Positions 28,301 through 36,683 are shown, counted from the first letter of the stretch. The stretch: 64,000 nucleotides of DNA from Candidatus Krumholzibacteriales bacterium (GCA_046483305.1 JAWODM010000014.1:59367-123366), one strand, 5' to 3'. The notes: generated from the sequence alone by a model not told the origin. Made by a program: numbers and translations.

Positions 28301-29678
28301 CGCCCAGTTCCAGGGCGGTCTGAGCGACCAGCTGCTTGGCAATCTCGACATCGATGGTGGGATTCGCCTGATACATCAGGGCGGCTGTTCCCGCCATATG
28401 GGGAGCCGCCATGGAGGTTCCGCTCCATTCGAATCCCGCTCCGTACCACTGCCAGTCGCCGCCCGGAACGGAGGAATAGATCTTGACTCCGGGAGCGGAG
28501 ATATCCGGCTTGGTGTACGTTCCGACATACGGCGGATCGTTCCATGTTACCGGCCCGCGGCTGGAGAAACTCGCGATCACGTCAGAGCTATCCGTCGCTC
28601 CGACTCCGAAAGCGCTGGGAACGTTACCCGGACTGCCCGTGGTGGCGGACCCCGGCCCCGCGTTACCTATCGATATCGCGGGAAACACGTTGGCAGCTAT
28701 CATGTTATCAACAGGCGTAATCATAGCCGAATGGGTCCCGGTCGCGCCCAGCGACATATTCACGATATCGCATCCGTCATCTGTGGCGGGGTCGCCGTCG
28801 GGATCGATGATCCATTCCATCCCGCCGATGACCTGGGCGAACGTTCCGCTTCCGCCGGGGAGGACCAGGGCGTGCATCAGCTGAGCGCCCGGAGCCACGC
28901 CGATATCATACCCGCTGGCGTTGCCGCCTATCATGGTTCCCGAGGTATGAGTGCCGTGTTCGTCGGAATCGTGAGGCACCGAACCCGGGACTATATTTCC
29001 GTCCGAGTCGAACTCCGCCCATCCTCCCGGATAGGTTGGATCCGACGGATTACTGGTCACCATCTTCCCTGAAAGATCGGGATGGCTTATGTCCACTCCG
29101 GTGTCGATTCCTCCGATAACAACTCCGGTTCCGTTCAGTCCGTAACTCGACCAGACCTGTTTTGCTCCGATCTTATCAATCGAGTCCCAGAGCTGGTTCT
29201 GGCTCTGTTGCAGAAGAGGCCTGCTGCTTTCCTCTTGCGGGGGAAGCGTGACTGTGAAGTTCTCGAACACTTCCAGCACGTCGGGCCTTTCGGCGAGCTG
29301 TGTGATTACCTCTGGTTTGGCCCGGACCAGCACCAGGTTATCCAGCCAGAACTGTCTTATCTTCTTTACTTTGGGGGATACCCCGGTTGACTTGAGAAAC
29401 CTGACAAGTTGCGCCTGGCTTCTGCGCTTGGTATCCCTCAGCTTGTTCATCACTGCCGGCCCGTTGCCTCTGATCAGCTGGATGTCGGCAGTTTCCTTCA
29501 TCTTTACTATTGCGGTTACTTCACCTGTAGCTCCGGCCGCCTCTATCTGCGTCCTGAGCTTCGGGCTGATCCTGACCTTTTTGCCTTCCTCGGCGTCCGC
29601 CGAATTCAAGGAAGGGAGCACCAGGAGCAGGACCAGAAAAAGCGCCGCACAGCTGAAACGTCTTATACTTGAAAACAT
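22314..29678 (-). CDS. giant (2454 aa) subtilisin-like S8 serine protease, multidomain T9SS cargo
   Basis: Signal peptide. S8 catalytic triad context: Asp (GGIDTGVD), His (HGTHTSGT) and Ser (GTSMAAPHMAG), roughly nt 28256-29171. Two carboxypeptidase-regulatory-like beta-sandwich segments. Two ~730-aa tandem modules each containing a MAM/choice-of-anchor-J-like segment (WEWG...ANSG...FWHWYSIETNYDGGNVKVSTDGG). C-terminal T9SS sorting domain (YPNPFNP...KIYDVKGRLV...GIYFARFV, nt 22314-22586). Confidence 0.8.
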   Translation of the reverse strand: MFSSIRRFSCAALFLVLLLVLPSLNSADAEEGKKVRISPKLRTQIEAAGATGEVTAIVKMKETADIQLIRGNGPAVMNKLRDTKRRSQAQLVRFLKSTGVSPKVKKIRQFWLDNLVLVRAKPEVITQLAERPDVLEVFENFTVTLPPQEESSRPLLQQSQNQLWDSIDKIGAKQVWSSYGLNGTGVVIGGIDTGVDISHPDLSGKMVTSNPSDPTYPGGWAEFDSDGNIVPGSVPHDSDEHGTHTSGTMIGGNASGYDIGVAPGAQLMHALVLPGGSGTFAQVIGGMEWIIDPDGDPATDDGCDIVNMSLGATGTHSAMITPVDNMIAANVFPAISIGNAGPGSATTGSPGNVPSAFGVGATDSSDVIASFSSRGPVTWNDPPYVGTYTKPDISAPGVKIYSSVPGGDWQWYGAGFEWSGTSMAAPHMAGTAALMYQANPTIDVEIAKQLVAQTALELGDPGMDNTYGWGRVNAYAAVTAALSGVGTLEGTIYSSVGGTVENAMIILTDTGQKVYSGPDGTFSMQAVAGSHPIEISRFGYETGTDIVTITADETTTFDVTLNQLPSGTIAGYVTDENSGGGIEADISVRLAGEAVVWSSTDPVTGEYSITLPVGTYDLVYSPVFPYPATTVTGVEVLEGMITTQDIQLGAAQVLLVDDDGGGSFQTWYEDAITAAGRSYLTVSTPPGAAEMSMFESVVWLTGNDYTTTLSADDQSNIAAYLDGGGRLFISGQDIGYDIKDEDFYSNYLHAEYVQDDVGLGGVAGSEGSPVGAGFSFGIEGGDGANNQGYPSEIDPVYPAISALFYDEAVPSGAVSAHDMSKGDVGAGSISSSGTAALSVDNGTYKLVYFAFGFEAIDNEADRHGMMGRILDWLLGYPDIAHTPLSSTENTTDPYPVTAYITSSYFDLDPSTFALIYDAGAGPVTVPLEPTGVPDEYSASIPAQPLGTEVAYYLTASDVEGHTTTDPIGAPVNVHTFTVGWDEEAPAVTHQRHYDTNNLKGPYYVEALIEDNLGVESVFLMYSKNGGMFHRQSMTLMGDGSYQGAIPGPSEVGDIYDYYILAMDESYHGNVARVPENGTYSFEIVEYFLWDFEPDDGGFVQSGDVWEWGPPTTGPGGANSGENVWATGLEDNYPNSSNATLDVIPITLDASQPYAMLSFWHWYSIETNYDGGNVKVSTDGGETWTVLTPMGGYDGTARSGNAGIPGEDCFTGYDNQFWQKELFDVSSYAGSEVIFRFHFGSDGSVYKPGWYIDDVMVRSSSADNFPPVISGTEVPPSTFDNTGPYTVATHVMDPLSDVAGVSIFYSVDDGASFMEIPMTLVSGDEWSGDIPGQANGTKVKFYIKAVDTSSEENVSFDPAGAPDDTHEFAILPSADVLVMIGTNYGTPLEMFREALQANGHQADYWNHYDQGWLTPEQLGLYKVIVLDETGSLTTTEQNDLAAFLESGTSEAKKKLFLLGRDLGFYSSTRPWIEQYMRAAYVQDNPGYRELTGAPGEPIGANETFVISGSYPDETQRSEAYPGGVLVYQYTGEGTYLDREEIAGTYQKAGKEWDGVMPHDPQSIDAAAGIKYNGDKYRSVYFTFNFNYIQEPWRRAGIIDRTLKWFAAPEILHEPLHDTEDTLSTYTVAANVYSEYLDPNRINLIYDAGAGPVSLQMNPTANPDEYSADIPPQSYGTTVHYYISATNTDGNTSFHPSGAPDVQHSFEVTADITPPEIVHYPLPNTPDETGPYTVEATVTDNVGVDPAGVFLTYNKNGGANTTITMTNAGGDLYTGDIPGPAALGDVFNYYIRARDAAAVPNTAREPESGYHSFEIVDYYTWDFEATDGRFSSTGDWEWGEPTTGPDGANSGVNLWATQVGGTYSSSSNSKLETPEVIVPAGSSYAMLTFWQWYYIETNYDGGNIKISTDGGSTWSILTPDIGYNGTAKSYNAGIPNEPCFTGYNNDNWHQVTCDLTPYKGQEVIIRFHFGSDSWVNKVGWYIDDVSIMGAEDTEGPNFVSTTVPSSTFDTTGPYTVTTEVIDALGEVSSVQLHYSINEGGTWNAVAMSPTGNPDEYSGDIPGQASGTRIRLYLEAEDDGANTSFDPAGAPASYYEFGIMPSGDILVLLGGAGHTAPEVFQQAFTAAGRTADIWDWDELGVPATAILHSYDAVIVDESWYLSTTQMDTLGAFLSASDGESQKIWFLGRDLSYGSTARSWMEQYTGTAYVKDDPGWRQISSTPGDPIGAGETFTIQGSYPDEVKLSTTYSGGQVIYKWSGTGSSLDMFESREEMSAFYSKEGKEWDSKLWPMTPSGPDSAAAVRYIGPNHVSVYFTFNFTYIQEETRRAEILDRALDWMATASGTITMDADGREAVGDSDNVIPEKFTLWQNYPNPFNPVTTIRFGLPAGDQRQVSLKIYDVKGRLVKKVFKGMKEPGIHEFQWKGTNDNGSAVATGIYFARFVTEDVKITKKMVLLR
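22668..27038 (-). repeat. internal tandem duplication inside the S8 gene, two ~2.19-kb units (aa 881-1610 and 1611-2337)
   Basis: Collinear motifs recur at a constant ~730-aa offset: IYDAGAGP 916/1644, WEWG 1105/1834, FRFHFGSD 1234/1964, FTFNF 1581/2311. The unit boundary is near nt 24848/24849. Confidence 0.75.
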
Positions 29679-29733
29679 TTTCTTTCCTTTCTGTGCTGAG
29701 CGCCGGCCTCGCTACCGCGCGCCGGCTGCTTTC

Positions 29734-30504
29734 TTAGCTCTTTTTCGTCTTGACGTCCTTGGTCTTTTTCAGGATCTCGAAGTAATTTATCTCAAAATCT
29801 TCGTACTCTCCGTAGATGCACTCTCCATCCGGGCTCGTGTCGGGGTCGTCGTAAGACAACACTCCCCGCGCCCAGACCTTGGTCTCTAGCCGTTCGTTGC
29901 CTTCGGACATTCCATAAAGCAGAGCGGCATCGGGAACCAGGAACATGGTCATATAACTGATTTTCAATACAGCTTCATCCGTCGGGAAATAATCCTGCAG
30001 ATTGATGGACTCGCAGATCATCTTCTCGTTCTGCCCCCAACTATTGTCCTGGTTCCAGTCCACCCAGAGTGAGACAGTAAGGTCCTTTTCGAATTCGCTG
30101 GCTAGCCGGCTGCTGGCATTGGGTATGTTAATATCCCACCATACCAGAGCCCATTTATTGGGAAGCCAGAGATTGGCGTTCACGAACCAGATTCCGTCGC
30201 AGTCATCCGCGGATGCCCCCAGCTGTTCAATTCCCTTTTCCTTCATGTCGATCGTGGGATATGGATCAGGAGCGGGACCGGGAGTGATCCCGGGGGGCAG
30301 GATCTCATCTTCTGATACAGTCTGGATCTCGCCGGACTGCAGAAACGTCTGCAGATCAATTACATTTGAAGGCAAGTTCTCCTGGATCAGATAGATGGAT
30401 TTTCCTGCCGGTTCCTCCAGGGCCATTTCCTGGGTGTGGAGGATGGAAAAGGAAAGAAGCAGACAGAGGAGGCACATGAACAGTAAGCTCAGTTTGTTGC
30501 GCAT
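29734..30504 (-). CDS. hypothetical secreted protein (256 aa), possibly GEVED-like
   Basis: Signal peptide. Trp-rich central region, GEYEDFEINYF near the C-terminus and a Lys-rich tail. Sits 55 nt upstream of the S8 gene on the same strand. Confidence 0.4.
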   Translation of the reverse strand: MRNKLSLLFMCLLCLLLSFSILHTQEMALEEPAGKSIYLIQENLPSNVIDLQTFLQSGEIQTVSEDEILPPGITPGPAPDPYPTIDMKEKGIEQLGASADDCDGIWFVNANLWLPNKWALVWWDINIPNASSRLASEFEKDLTVSLWVDWNQDNSWGQNEKMICESINLQDYFPTDEAVLKISYMTMFLVPDAALLYGMSEGNERLETKVWARGVLSYDDPDTSPDGECIYGEYEDFEINYFEILKKTKDVKTKKS

Positions 30505-30840
30505 CCTGTCACCCTCTTTCTACCGGGTCTCTTTCGAGACCGGTGATTTTGTTTCGAAAGTTCTACTTTCAGCCGTCTCTTTCTTCACCTCCTTTCACGG
30601 TGGGGATACTACGGCCGGGAGACATCGCCGCACATGTAATATCTCTGTTACTGCCGATTTAGTTTCAGGTTTTTTGGCGAAACGATTCTGTAAGGATTCA
30701 ATTAATCACAGCATGCAGCACAGTGTTAATGTCCCTTGATGCGGATTGTCAGATGTTTGTTTCCTGATGAGAGATAACAGAGCTAGTACTCGGCGCAGTC
30801 CCTGGTGCACTTTTCGCTTTCCCTGATTATACGGGAACCG

Positions 30841-30869
30841 ATTGTAAAGTAGAATTTAGTAAATGTCAA
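30841..30869 (-). promoter_or_regulatory. sigma-70-like promoter on the minus strand (TTGACA - 17 nt - TACAAT) facing the 256-aa/S8/159-aa operon
   Basis: The reverse complement of 30841-30869 reads ttgacatttactaaattctactttacaat. A second TATAAT (reverse complement of 30815-30820) lies just downstream. Confidence 0.45.
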
Positions 30870-30873
30870 CTGG

Positions 30874-30900
30874 ATTAATTACAAGAAATTTGATTTCCTG
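30874..30900 (+). repeat. direct repeat, copy B (attaattacaagaaatttgatttcctg)
   Basis: Matches copy A at 21164-21191. Abuts the minus-strand -35 element. Confidence 0.5.
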
Positions 30901-31113
30901 AACAGCATGTATTCATTAACGGGAATAATAATTGTCATTAGCACTGCCGGGTCCGGCAATCCCCGGTTTTCACTGCAAGGATGGTGAAATGTATAAAGAA
31001 GATAACGTAAACGTTATATCGAGCCTGTTCAATTGCTTGAATCATGTCTTGATCCCCTGCCCTGCCACCTTGACTCCGCCCGTTTACGGGATTATAATTA
31101 TATGTTATGACAA

Positions 31114-32442
31114 TTGGAAGGAGAGGAATTGACTGAATTTCAGAAAGCGATAAATGGCGAGATAACTCCCGCTCTCAAAGAGGTAGCCGGGACTGAATCT
31201 GTGGAAGAGGAAAAGCTCCGCAGACTGGTCGCGGAAGGCAGGGTAGTGATCCTGGGGATGCTGCGGAAGCACTGCCGGATGATAGGTATCGGGGAGGGCC
31301 TTACCACCAAGGTTAATACCAATATAGGGACCAGCCCCGATCACGACGACCTTGAGATCGAGCTTGAAAAGCTCCAGGTTTCGCTGAAGATGGGCACCGA
31401 CGCGGTGATGGACCTTTCCACCGGCGGTGATATCGACCGGATCAGGCGGACCGTGCTGGATCAGTGCACCGTGCCGGTAGGGACAGTTCCGGTGTACCAG
31501 GCCGCCGTGGAGGCCTCAGGGCGGGGAGAGTCCATAACTGAATGCAGTGTCGACAATTTTCTTGATGTAGTAAGGCGTCATGCCGAGGACCGTGTGGATT
31601 TTCTGACCATACACTGCGGGCTGGTCTCCAGGCTGGCCAGAGAAGTGGCCAGGACCAGGGTGGCCGGGGTGGTCAGCCGGGGAGGATCTCTTCTTATGCA
31701 GTGGATGGCCAGGAACAACAGGGAAAATCCGTATTACGAATATTATGACTCTCTGCTGGATATCTGCGAAGAGCATGATGTGGCAATCAGCCTGGGCGAC
31801 GGGCTGAGGCCCGGCTGCCTGGCAGATGCCAGCGACAGGCCGCAGATAGGCGAACTGATGATGATAGGCGAACTGGTTGAGAGAGCCAGGGAACGGGGGG
31901 TGGCTGTATTCGTGGAAGGGCCCGGCCATGTACCCATGAACCAGATACAGGCCAACGTGCAGATCCAGAAAGCTGCCTGCGGCAATGCCCCCTTCTACGT
32001 GCTGGGGCCTATAGTTACAGATGTGGCTCCCGGCTACGATCACATAACATCCGCTGTCGGAGGGGCGATCGCCGCCTGGCACGGCGCCGATTTCCTCTGT
32101 TACGTTACACCCGCCGAGCATCTTCGCCTGCCCTCGGTTAACGATGTCCGTATCGGGGTGATCGCGGCCAGAATTGCCGCTCATGCCGGGGATGTCGCCG
32201 CCGGCCTTCCGGGAGCGGAAGAATGGGACCGGGAGGTATCCGGAAAGAGAGCGGAGCTCGACTGGAAGGGATCGCTGGAGAAGAGCATGGATCCTGAAAG
32301 GGCGGAGGAGCTTTACGACAGATCGCCCGGCGGGGAAGAGGAGCTGTGCACCATGTGCGGGGAGTTCTGCGCGATACGTGGCACCAGAAAGAGCAGGGAA
32401 GACTACCGGAAGGCCCGGGAAGCTGCGACGGAAAATAAATGA
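31114..32442 (+). CDS. thiC: phosphomethylpyrimidine synthase
   Basis: TKVNTNIGTSPDHDDLEIELEKL, DAVMDLSTGGDIDRIRR and C-terminal CTMCGEFCA (Fe-S CxxCxxxC-like) are typical of ThiC. TTG start at 31114, or at 31129 after GGAAGGAGAGG. Confidence 0.9.
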   Translation: MEGEELTEFQKAINGEITPALKEVAGTESVEEEKLRRLVAEGRVVILGMLRKHCRMIGIGEGLTTKVNTNIGTSPDHDDLEIELEKLQVSLKMGTDAVMDLSTGGDIDRIRRTVLDQCTVPVGTVPVYQAAVEASGRGESITECSVDNFLDVVRRHAEDRVDFLTIHCGLVSRLAREVARTRVAGVVSRGGSLLMQWMARNNRENPYYEYYDSLLDICEEHDVAISLGDGLRPGCLADASDRPQIGELMMIGELVERARERGVAVFVEGPGHVPMNQIQANVQIQKAACGNAPFYVLGPIVTDVAPGYDHITSAVGGAIAAWHGADFLCYVTPAEHLRLPSVNDVRIGVIAARIAAHAGDVAAGLPGAEEWDREVSGKRAELDWKGSLEKSMDPERAEELYDRSPGGEEELCTMCGEFCAIRGTRKSREDYRKAREAATENK

Positions 32443-32505
32443 ACGGCTGACCGGCTGAACTGATGTTTGAAAATTATTCCAGTTGATATACAGGGGGCGG
32501 TGTGA

Positions 32506-34833
32506 ATGGCAGAGAGAAGCGGTATTGCCGGCAGCGGTATATCTACCAGATTTGAAGCCTTTATTCCTTTTCTTGAAGGGGCCGGTTCTGACCCGGATAA
32601 TCCGGAAAGCTTCATTCTGAGCAGGCTGGCGGAGAGCCCAGTGCCGCCGGCCATGCTGCTCACTCTCGCGGCAAGGGCGGGGTTTGAGGGGATCCCGGTT
32701 CTCAAACAGGCCGCTCTGGCCGCCGGCGACAACAGCCTGTTCGGGCCCCCTGAAAACAGAGAGCCCAATAGCTGTCAGGGCCCTTCGGATCTCTCCGGAT
32801 CCACCGGACAGCACACCCTGGAATCGGTCTTCGAGACCCTGTTTGAGAGGCTGGGAGAGAGAAGGGATCAGCAGATCAGGATGGCCCGGTCGGTAATGGA
32901 TACCCTCCGGGAGGAAAAGATCACCCTGATAGAAGCTGGTACCGGGACCGGAAAATCTCTGGCTTACCTGGTTCCGTCTGCGATATTCGCCATGGAGGCC
33001 GGAGAGAGAATAGTAGTGTCCACCCATACCAGGAACCTCCAGAACCAGCTGTATGAGCGTGAGATAGAACTGGTGCGGGATGCCCTGGCCCCCGGTATCA
33101 GGGCTGCCCGGCTGGTGGGAAGAGAAAACTATATCTGTGCCAAGAGATTGATTTCGGAGGTCAGCCGGCTGGGGGGCTCCGACCCTCCGGAAGCTCTCCG
33201 CCTGGCGCTAAGCGCCGCTTTCGCCTCGGGGGGTACCGTGGATGAAGCGCCGGCGGAATGCCGGGGGAGTATATCCGCGCCTTCAAGGTGCAGGATGAAC
33301 CGCTGCGGTTATTCGGAGAACTGCCCCCTGCTGAAGGCCAGAAAGAAAGCTTCCGAAGCTGATATATTATTCGTCAACCATGCCCTTGCCCTGGCCGACT
33401 ACAGCGGCGGAGGCAGGGTTCTGGGAGGGTATCATTCCATTATCTTCGACGAGGCTCACCACCTGGAGAGGTCTGTAATGGAAAACCTTTCGGTATCGGT
33501 CTCTCCGGGCGATGTCAGTTCCGTTCTGGAGTGGATCAGGCCGATTGACCCGGAAGAGGAAAGGTGGAAGTTCCTGGTCAACGAACTCGAAGCCGCCTCC
33601 CCCGGCGGGGAATGGAAAGAGGTGGTCAAACGGGCCTCGTCGCTGGCTGCGGGGACAGAGCGTCAGTGGAGGAGTATCTTCAGGGATTTGAACTCCGAAC
33701 TCAACAGTTCGGGAGGACTCAGCTCCGTGAAGAAGAGATATTACGACGGGGATGAAACATTCGGCGACGTCAGAGGCCCTATAGATAGTTACTTAAGCTA
33801 CAATAAGCAGTTATGCGATTCACTCAATATGCTTACTAAGGTGGAGGCAGAGTCAGGTATCCGCTCGTTTCAGCAGGAGATAGAGATAGCGGGGAGTCAA
33901 CTGGCCGAGATTTCCGAGGCGGCCGGTTACCTTACCGGCGTGCTGGATGATGAGGTGGTATACTGGATCGAGTGGAACAGCAGAGGCAGGATCGCGGCTA
34001 TCTGCGGGTCCCCCCTCAGGGTGGACAGGCGGTTCGCCGACTTTCTCACGGACAGCTGCAGGTCGGCGGTTCTTACTTCGGCCACCATCTCGCAGAACGG
34101 CTCCTTTGATTATATCAGCGGATGCCTGGGCACCGGGCTCACCGGCAGGGAAGTAAACGGATATATAGAGCCCTCAACCCTGGTAAACGACCGGAATTGC
34201 AGGATAATTCTCAGGTCTGACCTTCAGAACCCCAACCTGGACAGTTTCTCGGAGCGGGTGGCGGAGCTGATCCGGGAGCTTTCCCGTAATCAGGGAAGAA
34301 GGATTCTGGCGCTGTTCACCTCGTACAGAATGTGCAACCTGACCGCTGAACAGCTTAAAGGCGGCAAGCTTGCCGGCCCCCTGCTGGTTCAGGGAGAAGG
34401 GCTCAGCAGGGATCTTCTCTCCGAGCGGTTCAGGAGCAGCAGTGGCGCCGTGCTGCTCGGTGTAGCCAGTTTCTGGGAAGGCGTTGATTTCCCGGGAACC
34501 CAGCTGGAGATACTGATCATTCCCAAGATACCGTTCCCGGTTCCCACTGACCCGATGGTTGAGGCGCGCACGGATATGATCAGAAGAACGGGGGGAAATC
34601 CCTTTACCGGGCTGTTCCTGCCGGAGGCGATTCTCAGGCTCAGGCAGGGGATCGGCCGCCTGATCAGGGGGGCGGCCGACCGCGGAGTAGTAGTGATAAT
34701 GGATTCGAGGATTCAGGTCAAATCTTACGGCAGGCAGATAATTGATTCCCTCCCAACCGAGCCCCTGCTGGTATTTTCAGGAGAGGAGGTAGTCTCGGAG
34801 TCGGAAGCCTTTTTTGATAAGGGAGGATCATAA
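32506..34833 (+). CDS. DinG/Rad3-family ATP-dependent DNA helicase
   Basis: Walker A EAGTGTGKSLAYLVP, DEAH box IIFDEAHHLE and C-terminal helicase_C_2-like region (GVASFWEGVDFPG...IIPKIPFPVP). Confidence 0.75.
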   Translation: MAERSGIAGSGISTRFEAFIPFLEGAGSDPDNPESFILSRLAESPVPPAMLLTLAARAGFEGIPVLKQAALAAGDNSLFGPPENREPNSCQGPSDLSGSTGQHTLESVFETLFERLGERRDQQIRMARSVMDTLREEKITLIEAGTGTGKSLAYLVPSAIFAMEAGERIVVSTHTRNLQNQLYEREIELVRDALAPGIRAARLVGRENYICAKRLISEVSRLGGSDPPEALRLALSAAFASGGTVDEAPAECRGSISAPSRCRMNRCGYSENCPLLKARKKASEADILFVNHALALADYSGGGRVLGGYHSIIFDEAHHLERSVMENLSVSVSPGDVSSVLEWIRPIDPEEERWKFLVNELEAASPGGEWKEVVKRASSLAAGTERQWRSIFRDLNSELNSSGGLSSVKKRYYDGDETFGDVRGPIDSYLSYNKQLCDSLNMLTKVEAESGIRSFQQEIEIAGSQLAEISEAAGYLTGVLDDEVVYWIEWNSRGRIAAICGSPLRVDRRFADFLTDSCRSAVLTSATISQNGSFDYISGCLGTGLTGREVNGYIEPSTLVNDRNCRIILRSDLQNPNLDSFSERVAELIRELSRNQGRRILALFTSYRMCNLTAEQLKGGKLAGPLLVQGEGLSRDLLSERFRSSSGAVLLGVASFWEGVDFPGTQLEILIIPKIPFPVPTDPMVEARTDMIRRTGGNPFTGLFLPEAILRLRQGIGRLIRGAADRGVVVIMDSRIQVKSYGRQIIDSLPTEPLLVFSGEEVVSESEAFFDKGGS

Positions 34834-35021
34834 TTGAAGATATTCTTCGGCGCTGTCCGGCCGCCATTTAAATCTATGTTTTTATTATATGATTTGTTAA
34901 CATTCATGAAAACCTTCTGTATGGGGGGATCAGAAACAGCTGACAGGCCGGACTGCTGTCGCCCCTGCGGCCGGCCTCCCGCCAGGTTCAGAGACAGATT
35001 GATTCCGGAGGTGATAAGTTT

Positions 35022-36683
35022 ATGAGTTCAGTAAATATAAGAGCTCCCAGAGGGAGCGAGATAAGCTGCAAGGGCTGGTTTCAGGAAGCGGCCCTGAGGA
35101 TGCTGATGAACAACCTGGACAGCGAGAACGCAGAGAACCCAGATGAACTGGTAGTATACGGCGGTACCGGCAAAGCCGCCAGAAACTGGGACTGTTATCA
35201 TGCCATAGTCAGAGAGCTGAAGAATCTTGAGAATGACCAGACCCTGCTGATACAGTCCGGGAAACCGGTGGGTGTCTTCGATTCCCATGAAGGCGCTCCC
35301 CGGGTCCTGATCGCCAACTCTCTGCTGGTTCCAAGGTGGGCTACCTGGGAACATTTCTGGGAGCTGGAGACCAAGAACAAGATGATGTACGGCCAGATGA
35401 CGGCCGGCTCATGGATGTATATCGGAACCCAGGGGATACTCCAGGGAACTTACGAGACCTTAGCAGAATGCGCCAGGAAGCACTTCGGGGGAGACCTCAG
35501 GGGGAGGTTCGTTCTTTCCGGCGGGCTTGGCGGGATGAGCGGCGCGCAGCCCCTGGCGGTTACCATGAACGGAGGGGTGTGCCTGATAGTGGAGGTTGAC
35601 GAGAAGCGGATCCGCAAAAGACTGGATACCAGGTACCTGGACGTGATGGAGACAGATCTGGACAGGGCTCTTTCCAGAGTGGACCGGGCGGTCGAAAAAA
35701 AGGAGCCGCTTTCGGTCGGCCTTCTCGGCAATGCCTCCGATGTGTTCAGAGAGCTCGCTGACAGGGGTATAATACCTGACGTGGTTACCGATCAGACCTC
35801 AGCCCACGACGCCCTTAACGGATACATTCCAAGCGGTTACGACGTGGACGAGGCCGCCGAGCTCAGAAGGAAGGATCCGGACAGGTATGTGAAAGAGGCG
35901 ATTGAATCGATAGTCGTTCATGTTCAGGCGATGCTCGATTTCCAGAAGGAAGGGGCGATAGTCTTCGATTACGGCAATAATATCCGGGGCCAGGCCAGAG
36001 AGGGAGGGCTGGAAAACGCCTTCGATTTCCCCGGTTTCGTTCCCGCCTTTATAAGGCCGATGTTCTGTATAGGGAAGGGGCCTTTCCGCTGGCTGGCCCT
36101 CTCCGGCAGGGAAGAGGACCTTTACAGGACCGATGACCTGGTGCTGGAGCTTTTCCCGGAGAAGGAATCACTGGCGAGATGGATTAAGCTGGCCCGCGAA
36201 AAAGTGGCGTTCCAGGGCCTTCCCGCCCGCATCTGCTGGCTGTCATACGGAGAAAGAGAGAAGCTGGGAGTGGCCATGAACGATCTGGTGGCCAGCGGCG
36301 AGATTTCAGCTCCCATTGTAATCGGAAGGGACCATCTGGACAGCGGTTCGGTGGCTTCCCCCTTCCGGGAAACAGAGAGTATGAAGGACGGCACCGACGC
36401 AGTGGCGGACTGGCCGATTCTCAATGCTCTACTGAACGCGGTTAACGGCGCGGCCTGGGTATCGGTGCACCACGGAGGAGGCGTGGGTATGGGCCTTTCC
36501 ATCCATGCGGGGCTGGCAGTGGTGGCCGACGGGACCGAAAAAGGGCGTGAAAAGCTGATAAGGTGCCTGAGGGGAGACCCTGGCACAGGGATTGCACGAC
36601 ACGCTGATGCAGGCTATGAAATAGCCGTTAACAAGGCGAAAGATGCGGGAATAAACATCCCAATGCTTGAAGAGAAAAGCTGA
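35022..36683 (+). CDS. hutU: urocanate hydratase
   Basis: Full-length collinearity with urocanase ([53 protein letters not shown]). Confidence 0.9.
   Translation: MSSVNIRAPRGSEISCKGWFQEAALRMLMNNLDSENAENPDELVVYGGTGKAARNWDCYHAIVRELKNLENDQTLLIQSGKPVGVFDSHEGAPRVLIANSLLVPRWATWEHFWELETKNKMMYGQMTAGSWMYIGTQGILQGTYETLAECARKHFGGDLRGRFVLSGGLGGMSGAQPLAVTMNGGVCLIVEVDEKRIRKRLDTRYLDVMETDLDRALSRVDRAVEKKEPLSVGLLGNASDVFRELADRGIIPDVVTDQTSAHDALNGYIPSGYDVDEAAELRRKDPDRYVKEAIESIVVHVQAMLDFQKEGAIVFDYGNNIRGQAREGGLENAFDFPGFVPAFIRPMFCIGKGPFRWLALSGREEDLYRTDDLVLELFPEKESLARWIKLAREKVAFQGLPARICWLSYGEREKLGVAMNDLVASGEISAPIVIGRDHLDSGSVASPFRETESMKDGTDAVADWPILNALLNAVNGAAWVSVHHGGGVGMGLSIHAGLAVVADGTEKGREKLIRCLRGDPGTGIARHADAGYEIAVNKAKDAGINIPMLEEKS

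Noticed and set aside
22408-29390. Multiple 60-330 aa + strand ORFs inside the giant minus-strand S8 gene (e.g. 28086-29072, 24834-25445).
   Set aside because: These are shadow ORFs of a continuous, motif-rich 2454-aa frame on the other strand. None has a signal of its own.
30760-31110. Possible TPP (THI-box) riboswitch before thiC. The stretches cctgatgagag and cctgaacagcatgtattcattaacgggaa loosely resemble pieces of the consensus.
   Set aside because: The P4/P5 pairing (CUGG...CCAG) and the CUGAGA core are not both present. I could not fold a THI-box by eye. It is left as a check in the findings, not called.
34930-34990. GC-rich stretch (gctgtcgcccctgcggccggcc) that loosely resembles the core of the pilA-downstream repeat.
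   Set aside because: The similarity is short and within the range expected for GC-rich sequence. The two hairpins of the element are not reproduced.
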